A DNA stretch of 63,771 nt, filler included, from Octopus bimaculoides (lineage: Eukaryota): NCBI RefSeq assembly GCF_001194135.2. It is 9 parts of 8 records of this genome, joined end to end, with 100 filler letters (N's around TTAATTAATTAA, not from the genome) between each part and the next. Parts side by side here need not be neighbours in the genome. Positions count along the whole stretch, not along the records: positions 27,771 to 49,134 come from NC_068983.1; positions 49,235 to 51,153 come from NC_068991.1; 7 more parts are not named here. One strand, 5' to 3'. The position numbers were made by a program, and so were the translations under genes. Positions 37,626 to 49,967 of the stretch are shown here, in pieces; within the stretch, counting starts at the first letter, position 1, and every line of letters starts with the position of its first letter. The notes beneath the pieces were generated by a model. It was given only the letters and a program-made list of their open reading frames with translations. It was not told where the DNA came from and searched no databases.

Positions 37626-40107
37626 ATCTAAACTAAACATCTCAGCTTTTGAAGTTCCATTTTTCACGGCAGCAGACTGTGTTATGAGTGATTTTTGGTG
37701 CATATATCTAGCAGATCGAGTGACCCTGTAGGAACTTGCTTGTGTTTCTTTTCTGGCTTTTTTTATTGTTTGGTGTTAAACTGGTTCTTCCGAGTTTCTT
37801 GCAACAATTGATTCCAGTTATTTCTTCGTATCATTATGTAGCGCTAAGCAACGAAAGAAGAGAATGCTTAAATGGAAAGTCTATGGTTATACAGCACATA
37901 TCTTCACACACTTCTTAACAATTGAAACCTAGAAGGCTGGTAATAACCTCTACAATTGTTTGCATCCTATGTTGGTTGACCAAACTTCAGGACTCACCTA
38001 ACAATATTTTCCAAGCTTTCATGTTGGTGTACATTCATTCTGTCCTCTTTGTGTCTTCGTGTGCATGTTTGTAAGCGAAACTCACTTTGTCAATTCTTAT
38101 ATAAAGCTATTGTTGCTGTTGAACTTAAAAAGGAGACATACTAGGCAATCTTACTACAGACTAGATTTATGAATCGCTCACATTTTTCCACTTGTATTTA
38201 CATATGAAATGATATTCGCATCGCAAGTTGTATTATTTTTTGTATCGTAATTGATTGACAATTTTATATTAAAGTCTTTTAACTTGCCATTGCCTCTGAA
38301 TAGTTCTGGGTATAGCTTAGTGATGAGATCATCTTTTCATGTAGAGATAATGTTAACGTTATTATATTAACATAACTTGATTTTAATTAAGTCAAATTAA
38401 GACGCTGTCTCACATCCCGATAAACAGTTGTTCGTCTTAAATGTCGCAAGAAATATCTTCAGAACACTGTAAACTGAGCCAATTTCGTGTGTAGGACGAA
38501 TGGCTCAATATAATGCTAGATATGCAACAAGGCTATAGGTTAATAACTTTATTTGGTATAATTGACTAATTGTTTCAATATTTGATATCTTGATTTTATT
38601 AAATGTTGATCCAGAATCAATACTAAATAATGTGATTGTTACATCAACTTTCTTTCGTTGTTGTTTAGTTAATCATCGCCCTTGTTTACTTGTTTCAGAT
38701 ACTTGAACTACGGCCATATTGTGTACCACATTTACAGCAGCAAGATATGAGACTGAACCAGTAATTGTTTTATTATATTAAGACTGGTAATTCAAATTCA
38801 ATACCGAAGTTTCCCAAGTGAATTATTCCTCTAAACGAATTTTCTGGTTCGATTCCACTTGTCAGGTTCTGTAGCCCAAGTCAAGCCATACATTGTAAAT
38901 GCAATTGTGCAGACAGAAACTGTATAGAAACCTGTCGGATAGACTGTGTCTGTAATTGAAAAATCACTTTTGTCAAAACGTCGCATTGATTCCGGCGAAA
39001 ATTTGGATAACGCGCGCCGCTGCCTATAGGATGCGCACTGATTCAATGAGTTTGAATATTCAGTTAATCGAACAACCAAAAACACAGTCAGAAACTCTGA
39101 CTGTGATACATCTATTGCATATTATATAGGAAAATCATTACATATCGCATAGGAAAATCCAGAATTAATTCACAGGAGAAAAATACTTAGTTAAATCATG
39201 ATGAATTCCTATTTTATGTTTAAGGAAAGATAAAGAAAATATTGACGAACACATCTAGTCCGGAGTTCCAATACATCAACTTTATCACACACATCAGTTA
39301 CACCTCTTTATACTTTAAACAAATATTCTTGGCATGTGTTGATGCAATACCGAGATAAATGAGCGACGGTTGTGTTCAGTGATGAAATTAAGAAGAGTTT
39401 ATAACTGGACTATGTAAGAAAATTAAACTTCATCTCGCAGCATTTGAACGTAGCTCCATGTTTTGCTTTGAAATACTGTTGAGATTATTTAAATAGTCAA
39501 TTTACAGACATTAGATTCGATCTCATGAAGTATATTTGTCACCTACCAATTTGTGACATGTTGACAACACAAGAGGGCAGTGATAGGAATGTGAAGTATG
39601 CGCTTTAATAAATTAAGATTTCAAGTTTGTTCCGGAAATCTTTTTTGATCAGATTTAGTCATTTATATAATTATTGTTCCCATTACAAAATGGCAAAATT
39701 AATTAATTAAAATATCTTGTTTTACTACATCAAGTGTCCTAGCATCGACTTGAATATAAAGTTTCATGCAACAAGCGTTTGTGAGTATTTTCCCCAATCA
39801 TTATTAATTGTCAAATCTTAGAAAACAGGATGTTGACTAAAACAGTAGGTTACGAGATATATAATTTAAGAACACAAAAAAAATGTTAAATTAGTTTTTA
39901 ATTAATTTTAGTGACGAAGCTCGCAGTTGTATGACCAGCCTTTTTACATGTCATCAATTAATTTAAAGTGAATTTAATAGTATTTGTGTGTTATCAAATG
40001 ACCAAGCTGGTTCTTCTATGATATAAAAGTTTCAGATTTAATATATACCACTCCAAAACACCGGATTAACGGTCCCTTGGACCTTTTAGTCTTGTGTATA
40101 TGTTAGA

Positions 40108-40290
40108 AATTATCTTTATTTCAGCAGAATCGTAACAAAGTTGGGCGAAATGCCTCGCAGTATGAAATTACGCTTCACTATCTTCTGAGTTCTACCCCGC
40201 TCTCTCTGCTTTTCCTTCTTTCGATGTCGGTAAGATAAAGTACCAGTCAAGTATTGAAGACGATGTAATCAACTAGCTCCTTCCCATCTC
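40108..40290 (+). mobile_element. SINE family A, decayed
   Basis: gcagaatcgtaac..gggcgaaatgcc..ctgagttc..gataaagtaccagtc..gatgtaatcaactag. Confidence 0.7.
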
Positions 40291-40689
40291 AAGGGAATGA
40301 GTGCAACCAGAAAAACAACCCACCTCTTTATGCATACATAGATACACACACACATGCATAAAAAATACACACACACACATATATATATTTGTGTGTATGT
40401 ATGGAGACGCCTATACAGATGTATGTCACGTCATATATATATATATATTTATGTATACATGCCTGTATGCAATTGTCTTTGTACGTTCTTTTTTTTATTA
40501 ATCAAAAGTGAATTTTGACAGCCCCTCCACCTGCTTGGCAGGAGGGTTGTCAAGGAAAGTATATCCTTTTGCGCATTATCTTTCAAACCTTAAAGACCTG
40601 CAGATTTTTATTATACCACATATCGTGATCATTTATAGCATATGAATTAAGGAGTTGCATTCTATACCAAAGAACCCAAGCTCACCTTA

Positions 40690-41113
40690 ATATGCTCCAA
40701 GCAGATTGGTATGTATTCTGTTGCTCCAATAGTAATAGTTGTGGCTATTTGTATATTTGTAAAAAATCATACATAGATACATACATATAAATGTACATAG
40801 GTGCATTAGGTTATATACCAACATATTTGCTCAAAGAGGTAGAAACACTTGGTTTCGCGGAGAAAGAGAAAAAGAAATTGACACGGATTATCCAAATCCA
40901 ATTTATTAGTGATACAATGAAGATTTGTAAGATATTCCAAAAGTTCTCCATTTGAAATTCTTTATGTGGATAGACGCACACATTTGAGTGTCTGAATCAA
41001 CAGTTCAACCAAAACACCAACTAAGCCACATATTTACAAACACTAGCATCTCTCTTAACTCAAAAAGTCCTATCGCTGGGTTACCAACCAGCTTGAACAC
41101 TTTCAAGGAGAAC

Positions 41114-41115
<2 letters not shown>
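40690..41115 (+). mobile_element. REL-type LINE 3' end running into (CATA)n (relative of 27060)
   Basis: VAPIVI / IGALGYIPTYLLKEVETLGFAEKEKKKLTRIIQIQFISDTMKICKIFQKFSI*, then UTR and (acat)n. Confidence 0.6.
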
Positions 41116-41144
<29 letters not shown>

Positions 41145-41619
41145 CACACATACATATTTAGACGCAAACAAATATTTGCATTGATTTACATGAGGTGTTT
41201 CCAGACTACAGGCTCATGGGGCCGGATCTTATTCTGGCTTTCCATTTTGTTCAATCAACTATGGATACAAGAAGTAAACAAGATTTTAGTTCGTCACTGG
41301 ATTAACGTTGTCGTTGGCACAGAAATCTAGTTACTGAAATGATGTACCATACTCACAGGTATAGCGCTCCCCACGAACTGAAGAACAGCTCAAAACCTTA
41401 ACCATCGTGAGCCCAACGTTTCACAGTCAGCCTAAACGTCTGTATAACCTCATACACATATACACATATATATATTTCACACACACACATCATATCATAT
41501 GGTTTACACTGCATAGTGATATTTATCTCTTACACTGGATGGAGTACATTTTTATATTACCATAACGGAACAGTAAACAATACATACATACATACATACA
41601 TACATACATACAAACATAC

Positions 41620-41668
<49 letters not shown>

Positions 41669-42371
41669 NNNNNNNNNNNNNNNNNNNNNNNNNNNNNNNN
41701 NNNNNNNNNNNNNNNNNNNNNNNNNNNNNNNNNNNNNNNNNNNNNNNNNNNNNNNNNNNNNNNNNNNNNNNNNNNNNNNNNNNNNNNNNNNNNNNNNNNN
41801 NNNNNNNNNNNNNNNNNNNNNNNNNNNNNNNNNNNNNNNNNNNNNNNNNNNNNNNNNNNNNNNNNNNNNNNNNNNNNNNNNNNNNNNNNNNNNNNNNNNN
41901 NNNNNNNNNNNNNNNNNNNNNNNNNNNNNNNNNNNNNNNNNNNNNNNNNNNNNNNNNNNNNNNNNNNNNNNNNNNNNNNNNNNNNNNNNNNNNNNNNNNN
42001 NNNNNNNNNNNNNNNNNNNNNNNNNNNNNNNNNNNNNNNNNNNNNNNNNNNNNNNNNNNNNNNNNNNNNNNNNNNNNNNNNNNNNNNNNNNNNNNNNNNN
42101 NNNNNNNNNNNNNNNNNNNNNNNNNNNNNNNNNNNNNNNNNNNNNNNNNNNNNNNNNNNNNNNNNNNNNNNNNNNNNNNNNNNNNNNNNNNNNNNNNNNN
42201 NNNNNNNNNNNNNNNNNNNNNNNNNNNNNNNNNNNNNNNNNNNNNNNNNNNNNNNNNNNNNNNNNNNNNNNNNNNNNNNNNNNNNNNNNNNNNTATATAT
42301 AAGGACTTACTTTTCGTAATGAGATAAAAAAACCAAGGCTGTGTACATTATAGAACATTTATAAATATAAG

Positions 42372-42419
42372 GTCTTACAGCTGTTCCCAGGATATTTATC
42401 ATATTCATTCGTCGGAGAC
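42372..42419 (-). ncRNA. Decayed type I hammerhead, same family as 35397
   Basis: gtct CCGACGA ... GGAA cagctg TA agac; palindromic stem III acagctgt. Confidence 0.45.
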
Positions 42420-44129
42420 GGTGTGAGAGGATGGTTAAGCAATCGTTAGTTTAGATAAGATAGGAAATAGAGAGTGAATGTAGGGATATTGTATTTGTAA
42501 ATCCGTTTTAAAGATTCCAATACCCTATGAGTAAAATCCAACAGTCTTTGAAATTGATCATTCCAAATACAGATTTTATACACAGTGTTATTGAATCAAG
42601 GGTTCTGTATAAAGTGACCTAAAAGTAGGGAATGTATTAGTAAGGTTAAATCGAAAACAGGAAGAGAGGAATAAAGGAAGAGGAAAAAAAGTGTGTGTGT
42701 GTGTGGTGGTGGTGGTGGTGGTGGTGGGGGAAATAGAGGAAAAAAAGGAAGAAGAAAATAATAAAAGGAATAAAGAAAAGAAAGGAAAAAGGAATACAAA
42801 AATAGAGATAAGGGAAAGTGTACCAGAATGGTGAGTGAATATAATAAGACGGTAGGAACGGGAGGATAAGGGTGAAAGAGAGAGTAAGGTATTAGAGTGT
42901 AGAAAGATAGAAGGAATGGGGGGTTATGGAGAGAGAGATATAAAGCTTTAAGGAGTGTCAATTGTAGTGATAGAGTCTAAATGATGGGGAAACGAAAGAA
43001 ATTTAGATGGTTGGACAGGTCAGTAACAGTAGTAGTAGCATAAAAACATGTATATATATGTATGCATTGGACATGTACAGATGTTTATACACATCAATGT
43101 CTACACATATAACTCGTATTCATATGTATATGTATATGTGCACACCCACATATACGTGTATCTGTATGTCTTATTGCCCCTGTACACGCATGTATATATA
43201 CCTTGTATACATACATACATTCACACATACACACGTACATACATACGCGCATACACGCACATATGCATGGATGCACACACACGCGAATATAATTAGCTGG
43301 TTGTGAAATTCGAGTATGAGTATGAGTGAGGGATTATATAAGGGTTAGAAGTTAAAATATAGATTTATAAGGTCATAGGGATTACCTGAGGGGTATTGTG
43401 GAAATGTACTGTATGGTCATTTTGGTATTTGGATTTGTGGTAGAATTTGAATGTGTGATGCATACTTATACTGATCCTCGTTTTCATGTCGAGTAATAAC
43501 AGAAACGAATTTGCAGTAAATTTAAGGATTTCTGAATGCTTTTTGTAGTGTACCTATTTATTATTTTTAGCAAGAAAGAATATTATTAACAATGATTTCA
43601 AAGTCTCGGCTTGTTTAGCCTTCATCGGAAAATAAATTAGGTATGTACGTGTATATATGTTTGTATCTACCTATTTATGAATAGTGTCTATTCATATCTG
43701 AAGTCGCTATATAATTTCCCCCTATTTTTAATTACCCTATTAAATCACTAAATCATCTTTGTAGATACTGACTGAGCGAGCGCATTTCTAACTACATGAA
43801 AATTAATGAGATGATATATTAATCGTTGTAATCCCTACAAAGAACATATTTATGTTCTTTGTTGGATTATAGATATTTTTTTGGTTGATTCGCCATGCTT
43901 TCACAAAATGAATCAAAATCAGCACTAAGTAAATAACTTTTTAGGAATTAATTAATATCTGGTGAATTTGCTTAATTAATATTCAGTTAGTTTTGTCAAT
44001 ACGCTTGTGGTTACAAAAAAATTGCTACAACTTACCAAACTTAAAAGTTTGTTTCAAATGGTAATATGAACATTTTGATTTACCCTTCACTATTTTCTCT
44101 TGCTTCACGCGCATCCCTTTTTATCTATT

Positions 44130-44310
44130 ATTTTTACTTGTTTCAGTCACCTAACAGCGGCCATGCTAGGGCACGACTTTGGCGGGTTCTAGTGGAACTT
44201 TGGTTTTAGGTGTGGTACGAATTATATCAGTCTTCTTCGCTGGAAACGTACGACGTCGGTTGTCAAGTGGTTGAGGGAGACAGCATAGACAACACAGATA
44301 CAAGAACACA
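44130..44310 (-). mobile_element. SINE family B 3' fragment
   Basis: ttttacttgtttcagtca..gcggccatgctagggcacg..cggttgtcaagtgg. Confidence 0.7.
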
Positions 44311-44619
44311 TACATTCATATATACATATGTGTGTATGTTTGTGTGCGTGTGTGCATGCGTGTGTCAGTGTGTATATGTGTGTGTGAGTGTATGTGTATG
44401 TGTGAGTAAGTATATATACACATCTACATGCATATACATATATAAATATATATATATATATATATATGGCAAATATACTTCACTTTATCGTGCAGTTACT
44501 GTTAACACCTCGTTCAGAGATTTAACATTGCTTGTTTTCACTTTTTCGATATCAGTGAATAACTTCACTGGAAAAAGACTTATATATTGCCAAGGGATTG
44601 TCATTCTCATCAAAGGTCG

Positions 44620-44678
44620 GCGATTATCGTACGCTGAAGAAGGGAAATAACCCTGAAACTCGGGTCCGTACGTATCGC
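44620..44678 (+). ncRNA. Canonical minimal type I hammerhead ribozyme
   Basis: Stem I cgtacg/cgtacg (extended by gcgat/atcgc); CTGAAGA 44634-44640; stem II aggg-aaataa-ccct; GAAA 44655-44658; stem III AC-tcgg-GT; GUC cleavage after 44666. Confidence 0.85.
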
Positions 44679-45385
44679 AGATCAAGATGGGAAGGATAAC
44701 TTCCCTTGGCAAAAATAGACAGGACACNNNNNNNNNNNNNNNNNNNNNNNNNNNNNNNNNNNNNNNNNNNNNNNNNNNNNNNNNNNNNNNNNNNNNNNNN
44801 NNNNNNNNNNNNNNNNNNNNNNNNNNNNNNNNNNNNNNNNNNNNNNNNNNNNNNNNNNNNNNNNNNNNNNNNNNNNNNNNNNNNNNNNNNNNNNNNNNNN
44901 NNNNNNNNNNNNNNNNNNNNNNNNNNNNNNNNNNNNNNNNNNNNNNNNNNNNNNNNNNNNNNNNNNNNNNNNNNNNNNNNNNNNNNNNNNNNNNNNNNNN
45001 NNNNNNNNNNNNNNNNNNNNNNNNNNNNNNNNNNNNNNNNNNNNNNNNNNNNNNNNNNNNNNNNNNNNNNNNNNNNNNNNNNNNNNNNNNNNNNNNNNNN
45101 NNNNNNNNNNNNNNNNNNNNNNNNNNNNNNNNNNNNNNNNNNNNNNNNNNNNNNNNNNNNNNNNNNNNNNNNNNNNNNNNNNNNNNNNNNNNNNNNNNNN
45201 NNNNNNNNNNNNNNNNNNNNNNNNNNNNNNNNNNNNNNNNNNNNNNNNNNNNNNNNNNNNNNNNNNNNNNNNNNNNNNNNNNNNNNNNNNNNNNNNNNNN
45301 NNNNNNNNNNNNNNNNNNNNNNNNNNNNNNNNNATATATATATATATATATATAATTATATATATTTATCTATATATATGAGAGA

Positions 45386-45689
45386 TTAAGAAATGGAGTA
45401 GGTAATATCCAAGCTACATATGTTTTACAGCGAGCGGAACCTCGGAAGTGGAAAATATACAAGCGAGGTGTATAGCGCAGGCTACTCTTTAGGACAAGTG
45501 TATCGAGATTATATGCAGTATACATTGTCATAAACTGATTGAATTTTCCGTGTGTTGACAAGTACCTCCTTACGACAATGTAAACTTTATTTAATCAAGA
45601 TACCCACCTCACTTGGATATTTACCACTTCCAAGGTTCCGCTCGCTATGAAACATATGTAGCCCGGATATTATCTAGCCCATTCCTTGT
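45386..45689. mobile_element. MITE with ~83-bp TIRs (possibly Kolobok-derived)
   Basis: 45388-45470 matches the reverse complement of 45605-45687; left end TTAA followed by purines; inner tacattgtcataa/ttacgacaatgta pair. Confidence 0.8.
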
Positions 45690-46069
45690 ATTTTATTCGC
45701 ATACCTGGCAATCCTGTCTATCTACAGTGGAATATTTATTTCACCTGCCAACCCTGCCTGACAACCGTGAAATATTTATTTCAGCTTGCCACAGAAAGTA
45801 AAAAAAATCACAACCTTCCGCCTCAATAAACGACTGTTGTTCCTGAAAATTTTATTTTTTAAATATTTTCTACGGTTTGCTTGAAGCTAACCTCCTTGCT
45901 ACATCTCGATCTTTGGATCTTACATTTATACAAACACACACACAGACACACGCACACACACACACACGCACACATACACACACACACACACACACACGCG
46001 TGTGTGTGTGTATATAGACACACACTCACTCACTCGCGCACACACAAAAACACACACACATACACATCT

Positions 46070-46273
46070 TTTTATTTGCTTCGGTTATTTGATCACCGTC
46101 ATACTGGGAGCTCCACCTTGAATTTTTAGTCCAATGAATCGACTCCGGTACATATTTCTAAAGCCTGGTACTTATTCTGTCGGTCTCTTTTGAAGTAGCA
46201 CTAGGTTACGGGAAAGTAAACACTCCAACACTGGTCGTCAAGCGGTGGTGATGTACAAGCACAGGTACGAACA

Positions 46274-46331
<58 letters not shown>

Positions 46332-46497
46332 TATACGACAGGCTTCTCTCAGTTGCCACCTAATAAATCCACTTACAAGACTTTGGTGGGCTCTAGGCTA
46401 TAGTAGAAGACACTTGCTCAAGGTACCGTGCAGGGGAACTGTAGTTTTGAACCGTGGGACTATGTGGTTTTGAAGCAAGTTTCTAACCACACAACCT
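46070..46497 (-). mobile_element. Full-length SINE family B with internal (CA)n
   Basis: tRNA-like head at the right end, central (ca)n, 3' end cttttt.atttgcttcggtta. Confidence 0.85.
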
Positions 46498-46849
46498 GCA
46501 CCTACATATATTTTTTTGTGTGTGTGTATGTGTGAGTGTGCGTGTGCACATGTGTGTATATGTATATATACAATACATAGATACGTGCATATATTCATAG
46601 CTAAACAAACACACACATCCACAAAGACATGCACACACACTCGCATATATATGGTAATAATTTCGAGGCAATTACCAAATCATATCAATATCATCGCAAC
46701 GCAATGATAAACATGACAAAGAGAAAACAAACTAGTCTGCATTGACACAATACTCGGCTGGATGACACGCGAGTGTGTAATAAATCAGTTTTAGCTTGAG
46801 CTTAATAGATATCGAACTCATTTATATTTCCGAAGACTATGTATGTATG

Positions 46850-46897
<48 letters not shown>

Positions 46898-46954
46898 TAT
46901 ACACGCACGCACCGCACACACACGCATGCTTATATGCATTCGTTNNNNNNNNNN

Positions 46955-47037
<83 letters not shown>

Positions 47038-48241
47038 TATACACGCACGCACCGCACACACACGCATGCTTATATGCATTCGTTTGTACATACACACATA
47101 CGTGCATGCATTCATACACATATAAGTATTTAAAAAGTGCTCCGTCTATATTCCCTACATTGTTCTACACCTACCAGTAGCCGTGTGAATATTCCCGAAA
47201 TAAATCAGCCAACCGTCTCATATTTTTCTTGATTGAATCTAGCTTGTCATTGCTCACTCGCCAACTCAATTCCACCTCATCTCATCCCACCTTCTACTCC
47301 ATCATATTTTGCTTCACCTTGCTTTTCTATGCCTCTGTTCTCTCACACAGACTCACCCCTTACCATTTAGACATGTTAAATACATTCATCTCAATCTGTG
47401 ACGGCTCCATATTATTGGTTTCCATTCTAACATTGTAGTAGTGATAGTAGTAGTATTAGTAATAAAAATAAAAATAATAATATAATGATTATAGTAGTAG
47501 GAATAATCGTATTAACGCTAGTAATAATAACAATAATAATTGTAATAGTAATACTACTAAGAGTAATAGCAGTAATAATAGTGATCATATTAAGAAGAAG
47601 AAAAGAACAAGGAAATGAAGACTAAGAGAAGAGAGAAGAGGAATGTATGTGATACAACAATAGATGACTGACTACCTAGCAATATAAACAGTTCTTTCGA
47701 TTTATCTTTGGAGTAATTCCAAAATTGCAGGCAAACTTATCAGCTTCAGAGAATATATTCGATATAGCAACTCATTTTTCATACCTTTCCTCTCCCAACC
47801 AGCAATACCCAAAATAAACAGCTGTGTTATATGAACGGAAATATATTGAAATAATCTAAACTGGTCAGCCATATTATTCTTTTCAAAATTTCGCTTGTGT
47901 TTTAGTTTTCTATTTCTATTAACAGAAGGAAATTATATTTGATTAATCAACTTCTATTTTCTTTTTCTATATTCATAATTTATTATACTTCCGGCTTACA
48001 TTTTTCTTTCCTTTCAGCAAATAAATTGTTGAGTCAAGACTTATTTTGTTACAAAAATACAGAGAAAAAATGGAACGCAGCCCATTTTATTTGATGTAAG
48101 AACGGTAATAGAAAAAAACAAAAAACAAAAAACTCGACTAACCAGGAAAAAATACGCGTCACAGATACACATACATATTTCTGCGGACACATACAAAATC
48201 TGACACCCATATACCAAAGTAGTTATTATTATTATTATTGC

Positions 48242-48295
<54 letters not shown>

Positions 48296-48403
48296 TGTTG
48301 TTGTTGTTTAATTGGGCAACTTCGTTGGGGAAGTCTCAGCTATCGATAACCAGTGGATTAAAGTAACATCTTTCACTCGGATTTCGTGTATCATATTATT
48401 ATT

Positions 48404-48551
48404 TTGGATCAACCGAAAGCTTTTGACGGGGCCGACCATCAATACTTGGAAGCTGTCCTCGCGGCGGCCGGTTTCGGTCCCGTTGTCAGAAGCTAGATCA
48501 CTGCAATACACAGCGGCATCTGTTCGGAGTTCCAAAGTAAACGGCCATTTG
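48404..48551 (+). mobile_element. Tx1/L1-clade RT fragment
   Basis: LDQPKAFDGADHQYLEAVLAAAGFGPVVRS*ITAIHSGI, then frameshift to KVNGHL. Confidence 0.7.
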
Positions 48552-49134
48552 TATTAGTTTCCCTTGCTTCTGAAGTAGGTATTTTTGCAGTACTGTGGTG
48601 GTTATTTTATAATAGTTTTCCAGCTGTATAAGGAATTTACCACCTTCTACACCTTGTATATATAGCCTTTCTATGTCAGATTTTGGGTGGTGCATCCTAG
48701 ATTCTGTCATTATTTTTCTTGTTTTCTTGTGTAGTTTGGTTAGCTCATTTAGTGTCCAATTAAGAATATTGTAGTTGTAACTTAGAACTGGGACAGCTAA
48801 AGTGTTAATACCTATTATCTTGTTTTTAGCATTGAGCTCTGTTTTCAGTATTGATCTAACTCGTCTATAGTATTCTTTCTTTATTTTCTCTTTCATTTGT
48901 GTGTGTTGTATCCTATCTAGCTCATTGATTCCTAAATATTTGTATTTCTGGCTTTGGTCTAATTCTCTTATTTCATTGGCTTTATCTAGTGTGATGTTGC
49001 TACTCTTAACTAGTTTTCCTCTTTTCAGGGTTGCTTTGGCACATTTTTCTAATCCAAATTTCGTATCTATTTCTTTGGTAAATCCATGTACTGTCTGTAA
49101 TATTGTTTCCAGCTGTTTATCATTTGTAGCGTAT
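48552..49134 (-). mobile_element. R4/Dong-like RT (palm/thumb) fragment
   Basis: YATNDKQLETILQTVHGF..KFGLEKCAKATLKRGK..YKYLGI..MKEKIKKEYYRRVRSILKTELNAKNK..HHPKSDIERLYI. Confidence 0.9.
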
Positions 49135-49464
49135 NNNNNNNNNNNNNNNNNNNNNNNNNNNNNNNNNNNNNNNNNNNNTTAATTAATTAANNNNNNNNNN
49201 NNNNNNNNNNNNNNNNNNNNNNNNNNNNNNNNNNCTTTTATGTTTTCATTATCACTGACTTCTTGGAGATAATTGGAAATTTTCTCTAGTGTTAGCCCAT
49301 TTCTTGAACGTAACATGGCTCTGTGGTAATAGAATAAAAAGAATAATAATTATTATAATTGTTATAGAAGTCAAAATTTATTTTATATCACATTTCCATA
49401 CCATATTTCACTACATCACTGAATTTGAAAATTACAAATACTGAGGCAAAAGCTACTGCAGTTT

Positions 49465-49845
49465 GCCAGCGTCCCATTTATGGGACACAGAAGTAAATTG
49501 CATTTTGTGATTACCTGTTTACAGAGAAGTAGCAACCAGCATATGAATCCAATGATTTAGACCCTTGTGAAGTTGTTCATCAACAGAAAATAAAATTTCA
49601 TCAATTTTTTTCATGAAAATTTAGTATTCAAAATTTATATCTGCAATATAGGAAAAATGAGTAAATTTTGTTCTCAATAATTTCATGCACGTGACAAAAA
49701 ATTTGAAACCAATGATATGGGTGTAAGGAGTAGGTGGGCTTTAACAATATTAGACAGAGAAAAAGTGCATAATTCTATTAACTATGAAAATTAAAGATTT
49801 TTTATGAGTGTCCCATTAATGGGATGCTGGCGGCTAATAGGTTAA
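49465..49845. mobile_element. piggyBac-like MITE, left terminus eroded
   Basis: gccagcgtcccatttatgggacac (49465-49488) vs gtgtcccattaatgggatgctggc (49808-49831); right end ...aatagg-TTAA. Confidence 0.65.
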
Positions 49846-49967
49846 AATGACATAGGGATCTATACAATATTCTTGCAATGCGAAATAAATCATGTATAAT
49901 GCAGTACAAATCCAATAGTTAGATTGCACAATGGTTACGAGGAGTCAAACATTATCAAAAAAATATA

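Noticed and set aside
38831-39085. 84-aa minus-strand ORF
   Set aside because: Non-ATG start and no recognisable domain; region kept only as a candidate regulatory island.
41380-41440. CTGAAGA with gctca/tgagc hairpin
   Set aside because: GAAA and stem I pairing are absent; at most a distant relic.
46860-47085. Near-identical blocks either side of a 10-N gap
   Set aside because: Most likely unmerged overlapping contig ends at a (TA)n tract, i.e. an assembly artefact.
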